The notes under the pieces were generated by a model. That model saw only the letters and a program-made list of their open reading frames with translations. It was not told where the DNA came from and did no database searches. The position numbers were made by a program, and so were the translations under genes. 64,000 nucleotides of DNA from an uncultured Candidatus Saccharibacteria bacterium (GTDB lineage Bacteria > Patescibacteriota > Saccharimonadia > Saccharimonadales > Saccharimonadaceae): NCBI GenBank assembly GCA_964388795.1, contig CAYMBV010000001.1, forward strand, positions 238,701 to 302,700, given 5' to 3'. Of the stretch, positions 57,347 to 64,000 are shown piece after piece; positions within the stretch are counted from its first letter, which is position 1; the number at the start of each line of letters is the position of its first letter.

Positions 57347-57910
57347 ATGGAAAATGAGACACAAGATAACCAGCAGCCCGATCTAGAGGTATTGCCAGAA
57401 ACAGAGGCGCAAATGGCTCCATCGTCGTTTGAGGATGACACACCAGACAACCCGCCCATTACCTGGTCTGCACAAGAGTATGTTCACCTCGATAGGGGCC
57501 CTGTGTGGTTTGTCGTCTTTGGCGTGGTTGTTTTAGGGTTAATCGCTCTTGATATTCTCTTTTTGCATACCTGGACACTTACCGCCCTGGTGATTGCTAT
57601 GGCCGTTGCGCTCATTATCTATATTCGCCGCCCACCTCGCACGCTGACGTACGCCCTTAGTCCTCGACAAGGGTTATATGTCGAGCAGCGTCTCTATACG
57701 TTTGATCAGTTTAAGTCATTCGGCATTATTAAAGACGGTGAAAATAATTCGATTATGCTGATTCCTCGAAAACGTTTCGCCCCTGGTGTGTCGGTTTTCT
57801 TTCCAGAAGACGCCGGTGAGCGGATTGTTGATATTCTTGGCGCTCGTCTTCCAATGGAAAACCTCAAGCTCGACGTTGTCGACATGATCGTACGAAAACT
57901 TCACCTCTAA
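57347..57910 (+). CDS. Conserved 2-TM membrane protein with C-terminal soluble domain
   Basis: Start corrected to ATG 57347 (TATACT 10 nt upstream); ITWSAQEY…W, two TMs, IVDILGARLP. Confidence 0.75.
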   Translation: MENETQDNQQPDLEVLPETEAQMAPSSFEDDTPDNPPITWSAQEYVHLDRGPVWFVVFGVVVLGLIALDILFLHTWTLTALVIAMAVALIIYIRRPPRTLTYALSPRQGLYVEQRLYTFDQFKSFGIIKDGENNSIMLIPRKRFAPGVSVFFPEDAGERIVDILGARLPMENLKLDVVDMIVRKLHL

Positions 57911-58072
57911 CCCTTGGTCTGTATCTAGATTTTTCCCTGTCGATGTGATACAATTGCCACTGTTCGCCTGATTTTTTCGGGCCGAAAGCACCTTCTAGTT
58001 ACAAAGATAGGCTCGTTGTGAAAAGGACATCGTTCTTTCTACAACGGGCGCTATCACCAAGTAACAGTATGT

Positions 58073-58149
58073 GCACCCGTAGCTCAGCTGGATAGAGCGT
58101 CGGCTTGCGGAGCCGAAGGCCATAGGTTCGAATCCTGTCGGGTGTACCA
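58073..58149 (+). tRNA. tRNA-Arg (GCG)
   Basis: GCACCCG…TCGGC-TT-GCG-GA-GCCGA…ATAGGTTCGAATCCTGT-CGGGTGT-ACCA. Confidence 0.95.
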
Positions 58150-58150
58150 T

Positions 58151-58184
58151 AGAAAAAAGACGAGTTGTAGCTCGTCTTTTTTCT
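58151..58184. terminator. Terminator after tRNA-Arg
   Basis: AGAAAAAAGACGAG-6 nt-CTCGTCTTTTTTCT, perfect 14-bp stem. Confidence 0.85.
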
Positions 58185-58246
58185 ATGATGGACTCGGTGA
58201 GTGCTACCCCCTGCTGACGCTGAAGCTTTGCTATAATAACTAAGCT

Positions 58247-58334
58247 GGAGAGATGCAGGAGTGGTTGAACTGGCCGCTCTCGAAAAGCGGTAAGGTGAAA
58301 GCCTTCGAGGGTTCGAATCCCTCTCTCTCCGCCA
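58247..58334 (+). tRNA. tRNA-Ser (CGA)
   Basis: GGAGAGA…CCGCT-CT-CGA-AA-AGCGG, variable arm, GGTTCGAATCC, CCA; TGcTATAAT just upstream. Confidence 0.97.
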
Positions 58335-58384
58335 GAAAGCCCCGACGATTCGGGTGTTTTTTATATCTAAGCTACAATGAAACT

Positions 58385-58789
58385 ATGCAAGAGACGATTT
58401 TTACCAAGATTATCAAAGGTGACATTCCGTCACATAAAATTTACGAAGACGACCTGACCTACGCCTTTCTTGATATTTACCCTGCCGCCGAGGGCCACAC
58501 ACTAGTTGTACCTAAAAAGCAGGTAGAGTTTGTATGGGATCTAGAAGACGCCGACTATCAAGCTTTGATGCAGTCAGTGAAAAAGATTGCCCAGCGTCTA
58601 AAAGAGGTGACCGGCAAGCCGTATGTTGGCACAATGGTTGTCGGTACAGATGTCCCCCATGCCCATGTGCATATCGTGCCGTTTGACTCACCAAAAGAAA
58701 TTAAAGCCGTCGTCAGTATGAGCGGTCGCGACCAACAAGAGCCTGACCATACCGCCCTTGCAGCCTTTGCCCGGAAAGCTGCCCTTTAA
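58385..58789 (+). CDS. HIT-family nucleotide hydrolase
   Basis: Start corrected to 58385 (MQETIFTKII); AFLDIYP, GHTLVVPK, VPHAHVHIVP. Confidence 0.95.
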   Translation: MQETIFTKIIKGDIPSHKIYEDDLTYAFLDIYPAAEGHTLVVPKKQVEFVWDLEDADYQALMQSVKKIAQRLKEVTGKPYVGTMVVGTDVPHAHVHIVPFDSPKEIKAVVSMSGRDQQEPDHTALAAFARKAAL

Positions 58790-59247
58790 TGGCACTCAAA
58801 ATCTTAACGGTTGGCAAAAAACACGAAAGCTGGGTAACGGAAGGTATTGAACGCTACCAGAAGCGCCTGAAGGGCGGCTTTCAAGTAGAATGGGTACTTT
58901 TACCACATTCCAGCTTAGAGGGCACGAGCGCCCGCCAGGAAGAGTCTGAGCGGATTATTTCGCGTCTAAAGGACACCGACTATGTCGTATTGCTCGATGA
59001 GCGGGGTAAAATGATGGACTCACCTGCTTTGGCGGCACTTATCGACACTACTCTTACCCGCTCCTCTTCAATAGTATTTGTGATCGGGGGCGCTTATGGA
59101 GTTAACGTAGCAGTAACCCAGCGCGCCCAGGTGGTGTGGTCGCTGTCACCACTCGTCTTCCCTCACCAGCTAGTACGGCTCATGCTCACCGAGCAAATAT
59201 ACCGGGCGCAACAGATTACCGCTGGCGGCTCGTACCATCACGAGTAG
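58789..59247 (+). CDS. rlmH: 23S rRNA pseudouridine-1915 N3-methyltransferase
   Basis: VGKK, LDERGK, FVIGGAYG, FPHQLVRLMLTEQIYRA, GSYHH. Confidence 0.96.
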   Translation: MALKILTVGKKHESWVTEGIERYQKRLKGGFQVEWVLLPHSSLEGTSARQEESERIISRLKDTDYVVLLDERGKMMDSPALAALIDTTLTRSSSIVFVIGGAYGVNVAVTQRAQVVWSLSPLVFPHQLVRLMLTEQIYRAQQITAGGSYHHE

Positions 59248-59299
59248 GTACTACCTACTCCTTACCACCCCATAAAAACATATCTAGGGGGATACGTTA

Positions 59300-59328
59300 T
59301 TGACAAATAATCAAGCTTATGCTAGTAT
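59300..59328 (+). promoter_or_regulatory. Sigma70-type promoter
   Basis: TTGACA (59300-59305), 17-bp spacer, TGc-TAGTAT (59323-59328). Confidence 0.75.
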
Positions 59329-59364
59329 TGCTTTTAGACATAAATCAAAAACAAAAAAAGAAGC

Positions 59365-59700
59365 ATGTTGTTATTTATCAAACCAGTCCCCATTATCATT
59401 ACCTTTGCCACTATGTTTGGCGTACTCGTCCACGACATGAGTATCGACAAAGTTGCTAGGGTTGCGACCGTTCCTCCCTCTGCTTGGGTAGCGGCAGCAA
59501 CCGGTGCAATGGCAATGAGCGCGCTACTTGCCAAGAGTGACCACGTTCACGTTGAGCGCGCCTCGGTAGGCGCCCACCATAACTCAACACTGCCAAAGGT
59601 GCACCCTCCCCGTGATGATGATCGCGAGTATAACAACAAGAACAAGAAACAAGGTGCCGCTGGCGGTGATGACCATACGTATATTTGGCCATCGGTATAA
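59365..59700 (+). CDS. Small hypothetical protein (hydrophobic N-half, His/Asp-rich C-half)
   Basis: 111-aa ORF alone between rlmH and valS, with its own promoter. Confidence 0.65.
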   Translation: MLLFIKPVPIIITFATMFGVLVHDMSIDKVARVATVPPSAWVAAATGAMAMSALLAKSDHVHVERASVGAHHNSTLPKVHPPRDDDREYNNKNKKQGAAGGDDHTYIWPSV

Positions 59701-59707
59701 CAGGATG

Positions 59708-62257
59708 TTACTTAAGCAATTCTAATTCGTGAAGCAGGCGTTCAATGAGCGCCTGTTTTTCTTTGAGCTGTTTTTCACTTTCGGTGACCAGTGCCGCAGG
59801 CGCTTTGGCACGGTAGTTTTCATTAGCAAGACGACCCTGAAGGACGGCAATTTCTTGATGAGTTGTCGTAATGCGCACCTCGAGGTTTTGTTTGTGCTCC
59901 TCGAGAGTTTTTGCAGGAATATCAAGCCAAGCGTCGTGGTTTGCAAGTGCAAGGCGCAGGCCACGCGGCTGGTCGACTTTTTCAATATCTTTTAACTTCG
60001 CAAGGCGCTTAATGAGGCCCTTGTTGTCGTCAATAAGGCCGTTATCAACGTAAAGCATGGTGTAGCGGTCGTTGCCCGGCAGTGATGTTGAAACGAAACG
60101 GGCTTCGGTAATCACTAGCTGTGTCTGTCCAAAAGCGGCTGCTAAGATATCGCTGTACTCCAGTGGAGTTGGCCAAGTTTCACTGATGAGTTGGTTATTG
60201 CACCAAGGGAGTGTTTGCCAGATAGTTTCGGTCACAAATGGTGCGAATGGGTGCGCTAGCTTCAGACAGGTGCTTAACACCCAAGCTAAGAGGTGCGGGT
60301 TATCCTGATCTTTAGAAGCTTCAATATACCAGTTGGCAACGCTGTCCCAGATAACGTGGTACACGGCCTCGCTGGCCTCGGCAAAGCGAAGGGCTTCAAG
60401 AGTGCGTTGGATGGTTTCACTGGCATTTTGAAGTTCGCTAATAATCCAGTGGTCAGCGGTGGTGACGGCCTCGGGTGTAGCCGGTTCGTAGTCGTCCCCT
60501 AGTTTGTTATCTATAAAACGCGCAATGTTCCATAATTTGTTACAAAAATTACGACCAGCAATAATACGGTCAATGCTAAAAGCCTGATTTTGTCCAGGGC
60601 TACGACTGGCAATGAGGCCAAGACGGAGGGCGTCAGAGCCGTATTCGGCGACCATATCCATTGGGTTGATGACATTCCCCTTGCTCTTGCTCATCTTTTG
60701 GCTGTTTTCGTCGAGTACCATGCCATGGAGGTAAACGTCCTTGAACGGTACTTTATCCGTCGTGTAAAGACTCAGCATGATCATACGAGCAATCCAGCGG
60801 TCTAAGAGGTCGGTGCCGGTTTCCATGAGACTTGTTGGAAAGAAGCGGCTCAGATTGCCATCTTGCAGGTAATCGGTAGTAATAAACGGCCATTGACCAC
60901 TACTAAACCAGGTATCAAAGGTGTCCTCTTCGCGTCGGTATGTCTTACCGTCAACAACTATTGTTTTTTCGTCAACATTTTCATTAAAAATCCAATCTGT
61001 TTCGTCTGCAACGTTTTGGAAGGCTGGAATAGGAATACCCCACGGAATTTGTCGCGATAGGTTCCAGTCGTGAATGCCCTTTAAGTATTGGACAAGAATA
61101 TGCTTACGACCTGCTGGGTGAAAGTGAATCTCGTTGTTTTCAATCGCCTCAATAGCACGCTGCGCAAGCGGCTCCATTTTTAAGAACCATTGGTCTTTGA
61201 TGAGAGGTTGAATCGGGAGTCCGCTTTTATAGTCGTACCCAACGGTGTGTTCAATTTCCTCTTCTTTACGAATAACCTCTTCGGCCTGCAAAGCGGCAAG
61301 TGTGCGTTTACGCGCCGCTTCAACGTCTAGCCCTAAGAATTGAGGCGGGACGTTTATCATAGTGCCATTGAAGTCAATCACCTGAATGCGCTCGAGATTG
61401 TGACGCTTCCCTACCTCAAAGTCGTTAGGGTCGTGTGCTGGCGTAATTTTTACCGCCCCGGTGCCAAAGTTTGGGTCAACATACTCGTCTGCAATAATAG
61501 GAATTTCACGGCCTGTAAGAGGTAGCTGAACATGCTTGCCGATCATGTCTTTATAACGCGGGTCGTCTGGATGGACGGCAACAGCAGTATCGCCAAAAAA
61601 AGTCTCGGGACGAGTGGTGGCAATGACAATTTCACCAATTTTATCGATGAGCGGATAGGCAATGTGCCAGAGCTTCCCTTTTTCGAGCTTGTGGTCTACT
61701 TCAATATCGGCGTAGCTTGTTTGGTACTTTGTACTGTAGTTAACAATACGCTCACCCCTGTAAATAAGCCCGTCGTTCCATAGGCGTTGGAATGTTTTGT
61801 AGACCGTATCAACCACTTTTTTATCTAGGGTAAAGACGAGGTTGTCCCATGAGGCACTTGTGCCCAGAGCCCGAATCTGGAGCTCCATGTTACCCCGTTG
61901 CTGGTCGACAAAATCCCACACCTGGTTATAAAGCTCCTCGCGGCTATAGTCGAAGCGACTTTTACCCTGCTTAGAAAGCTCCTTCTCGTACACTACCCAA
62001 GTTTCAAAACCGGCATGGTCAGCCCCCGGAATGTAAATGGTGTCGTGGCCGGTCATGCGCTTGTAACGCACCATAATATCTTTTAAGCTCATGTCGAGTG
62101 CATGACCAATGTGCAAGTTTCCGTTGGCGTTAGGTGGCGGCATGATTGTACTATAGGTCGGGCCCACCCCTGTTGGATTAAATGCACCACTGGTTTCCCA
62201 GAGGGCATAGATGTTTGGCTCGTATTGGTTTGGTTCGTACGTTTTTGCTAGTTTCAC
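59708..62257 (-). CDS. valS: Valine--tRNA ligase
   Basis: MPPPNANGNLHIGH (HIGH), DHAG, ATTRPET, GTGAVKITPAHD, WNLSRQ, DTWFSSG, KMSKSKGN; GTG start. Confidence 0.99.
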   Translation of the reverse strand: MKLAKTYEPNQYEPNIYALWETSGAFNPTGVGPTYSTIMPPPNANGNLHIGHALDMSLKDIMVRYKRMTGHDTIYIPGADHAGFETWVVYEKELSKQGKSRFDYSREELYNQVWDFVDQQRGNMELQIRALGTSASWDNLVFTLDKKVVDTVYKTFQRLWNDGLIYRGERIVNYSTKYQTSYADIEVDHKLEKGKLWHIAYPLIDKIGEIVIATTRPETFFGDTAVAVHPDDPRYKDMIGKHVQLPLTGREIPIIADEYVDPNFGTGAVKITPAHDPNDFEVGKRHNLERIQVIDFNGTMINVPPQFLGLDVEAARKRTLAALQAEEVIRKEEEIEHTVGYDYKSGLPIQPLIKDQWFLKMEPLAQRAIEAIENNEIHFHPAGRKHILVQYLKGIHDWNLSRQIPWGIPIPAFQNVADETDWIFNENVDEKTIVVDGKTYRREEDTFDTWFSSGQWPFITTDYLQDGNLSRFFPTSLMETGTDLLDRWIARMIMLSLYTTDKVPFKDVYLHGMVLDENSQKMSKSKGNVINPMDMVAEYGSDALRLGLIASRSPGQNQAFSIDRIIAGRNFCNKLWNIARFIDNKLGDDYEPATPEAVTTADHWIISELQNASETIQRTLEALRFAEASEAVYHVIWDSVANWYIEASKDQDNPHLLAWVLSTCLKLAHPFAPFVTETIWQTLPWCNNQLISETWPTPLEYSDILAAAFGQTQLVITEARFVSTSLPGNDRYTMLYVDNGLIDDNKGLIKRLAKLKDIEKVDQPRGLRLALANHDAWLDIPAKTLEEHKQNLEVRITTTHQEIAVLQGRLANENYRAKAPAALVTESEKQLKEKQALIERLLHELELLK

Positions 62258-62318
62258 GTGAAAATTTCTCCGAATAATGGGATTTCACGTGAAAATATTG
62301 GGAAAATTTCACGTGAAA
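62252..62318. repeat. Three parS-like palindromes TTTCACGTGAAA
   Basis: Exact 12-bp palindrome at 62252-62263, 62283-62294 and 62307-62318; it is the core of the ParB-binding parS consensus TGTTTCACGTGAAACA. Confidence 0.7.
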
Positions 62319-62397
62319 ACGGGAACTTTCTTCAGAGGTTCACCGCTCCCTTCACTGATACATAGTATAGCATACCGTGAGGCTGTATAATGGAGGT

Positions 62398-63390
62398 ATG
62401 ATTGAGCTGCAAAGATGTAATGATAAAGATCAGTGGGATGAGTATATTCTTGAGCATGGCGGTCACCCGTTGCAGTTATGGTCTTGGGGCCAAGTGAAGA
62501 GTGGTCATGGCTGGGTTGCAGAACGTATTTTTGCCTATGATGTGAACGATGGTGAAGAGATTATTGGCGCTGCTCAGGTGTTGGTTCGTAAGCTCCCCTC
62601 ACCTTTTCGTGCTTTTGCGTATATTCCACGCGGACCTCTAGTACCGGCGAAGCATCAGGCGGACTTTTTGAATTTGTTAAGTGTTTTAGTGAAGCGTGAT
62701 CACCACGCCGTAGGGCTGTCGATTGAGCCAGATGTACTTGAGTTTGAAAAACCTCAAGGGTGGATTCGTGCGACAAACAAGATTCTTCCCGCAGAAACGG
62801 TGGTTTTGGACATAAAAAAAGCCGAAAGCGACCTTTTAACTTCTATGGCAAAGAAAACCCGGCAATATATTCGTAAGTCTGCCGCAGACGTTCAAATAAA
62901 ACAAGTAAAGACACGTGAAGCAATTGAGACGTGTCTTGAGATTTATAAGCAAACGGCAGCCCGGGCTGGCTTTAACTTACATAATAACCGATATTATCTT
63001 GATGTTTTTGCACAGATGCAAGACTACTCCCCTGTTTTTATGGCTTACGAGAAGGGTGAACCGGTAGCATTTTTATGGCTGGCGATTAGCGAGACTGTGG
63101 CCTATGAGTTGTATGGCGGTGTGACCGAAAGGGGTCAGGAGCTTCGGGCAAACTACGCTTTAAAGTGGCATGCGGTTCGACAAATGAAAGAATGGGGCCT
63201 GGAGCGCTATGATTTTGGCGGCTTAGTGGCGGGTGGTGTGTCTACCTTCAAGCAACAGTGGTCACCAGAGGTCACGGTGTATGCGGGAACGTTTGATCGA
63301 CCCCTATCCCCTCTTTATACGCTTTGGAGCAAGGCTTTACCGTTTGCGAAACGTGCCGTACAACGAATACGTCGAAAGCCAACTCGATAA
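62398..63390 (+). CDS. FemAB/FemX-family lipid II aminoacyltransferase
   Basis: Start corrected to ATG 62398; HPLQLWSWGQVK, YIPRGP, KKTRQYIRK, YLYGG-like YELYGG, YDFGG, FKQQW. Confidence 0.9.
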   Translation: MIELQRCNDKDQWDEYILEHGGHPLQLWSWGQVKSGHGWVAERIFAYDVNDGEEIIGAAQVLVRKLPSPFRAFAYIPRGPLVPAKHQADFLNLLSVLVKRDHHAVGLSIEPDVLEFEKPQGWIRATNKILPAETVVLDIKKAESDLLTSMAKKTRQYIRKSAADVQIKQVKTREAIETCLEIYKQTAARAGFNLHNNRYYLDVFAQMQDYSPVFMAYEKGEPVAFLWLAISETVAYELYGGVTERGQELRANYALKWHAVRQMKEWGLERYDFGGLVAGGVSTFKQQWSPEVTVYAGTFDRPLSPLYTLWSKALPFAKRAVQRIRRKPTR

Positions 63391-63418
63391 CCTATTTGAG
63401 ATAATTCTTATATTAAGC

Positions 63419-64000
63419 TTAAACAGTCTGTTTCCAGGCTGTTTTTGTCATTGAGAGGCTCGGCTGGATCTCGAGATCCAGAGGTGAGGCGGGGGAGTGG
63501 TGTTGTGCGTAGAAACAGCCAAGCGTGGCGATCATAGCGCCGTTGTCGGTACATAGTTGCATCGGTGCGTATTCAATTGCAAGGGGAAGACGGTCGCTCA
63601 GTTGGCGACGAAGTTCTTGATTGGCGGCAACCCCACCGGCGATAACGACTGAAGCAGGGGAGTGATCGTGAAATGCTTTCTCTGCTTTATCGACAAGTGT
63701 TTCAATGGCGATATGTTGAAAGCTAGCGGCAAAGTTTGCGCGCTGAAGGTCGTTTAAACGCTCTGCAAGCTGGAAGGAGGGGAAAGATGTGTCCACGCCC
63801 ACTTCGTGCTGAACAGCCCTTAGAACGGCTGTCTTGAGGCCTGAGAAGCTAAAATCATAAGCACCTTGAAGCTTTGCCTTAGGTAGCGAATATTTTTTTG
63901 GATCACCATTTTTGGCTGCTTCAGCGATTGAAGGGCCACCAGGGTAGGGGAGGCCAATAATTTTGGCGACTTTGTCAAAAGCTTCGCCAACGGCATCGTC
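63419..64000 (-). CDS. tsaD: tRNA t6A threonylcarbamoyltransferase TsaD (3' part; continues off the right edge)
   Basis: In-frame to the edge: DAVGEAFDKVAKIIGLPYPGGP, DFSFSGLKTA, IAGGVAANQELR, CTDNGAMIA. Confidence 0.97.
   Translation of the reverse strand, partial: DDAVGEAFDKVAKIIGLPYPGGPSIAEAAKNGDPKKYSLPKAKLQGAYDFSFSGLKTAVLRAVQHEVGVDTSFPSFQLAERLNDLQRANFAASFQHIAIETLVDKAEKAFHDHSPASVVIAGGVAANQELRRQLSDRLPLAIEYAPMQLCTDNGAMIATLGCFYAQHHSPASPLDLEIQPSLSMTKTAWKQTV

Noticed and set aside
58253-58384. N-terminal extension of the HIT ORF
   Set aside because: It overlaps tRNA-Ser(CGA) and its hairpin; the true start is 58385, after TACAAT.
62258-62363. T-box riboswitch upstream of valS
   Set aside because: The leader is ~100 nt with no T-box motif or terminator/antiterminator; it is occupied by the palindromes instead.

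Overview
Bacterial chromosome segment spanning the replication origin (jag-yidC-rnpA-rpmH <> dnaA-oriC-dnaN-recF). The gene content points to Candidatus Saccharibacteria (TM7, Patescibacteria/CPR); this assignment is inferred from the LexA HTH-only protein, class F sortase, PrgI/VirB4/VirB2 locus beside recF, many near-leaderless genes and tRNA-Arg(GCG). Left to right: (1) a RecQ-like helicase running off the left edge, downstream of tRNA-Asn; (2) a class F sortase next to an APNTG-anchored beta-helix surface protein; (3) about 29 kb of cell-envelope glycan genes: O-antigen-ligase-like protein, priming glycosyltransferase, glmS-cytidylyltransferase-HAD mutase operon, repeat-bearing lysozyme-like protein, GT2/GMC-oxidoreductase/SDR/GtrA/GT-C cassette, two GT2-TagF polymerases (one fused to a pyruvyltransferase) and a Wzm/Wzt ABC exporter; (4) oriC; (5) a chromosomal type IV secretion-like locus (VirB6-like, PrgI, two-gene VirB4-like, lysozyme/CHAP hydrolase, five VirB2-like pilin genes) with no relaxase or coupling protein in the window; (6) four tRNAs with unusual structured leaders, hit, rlmH, valS with three parS-like palindromes over its start and leader, a FemAB-family gene and the 3' part of tsaD. 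No CRISPR array, transposase or integrase was seen. All calls come from manual motif reading; no database searches or folding programs were run.
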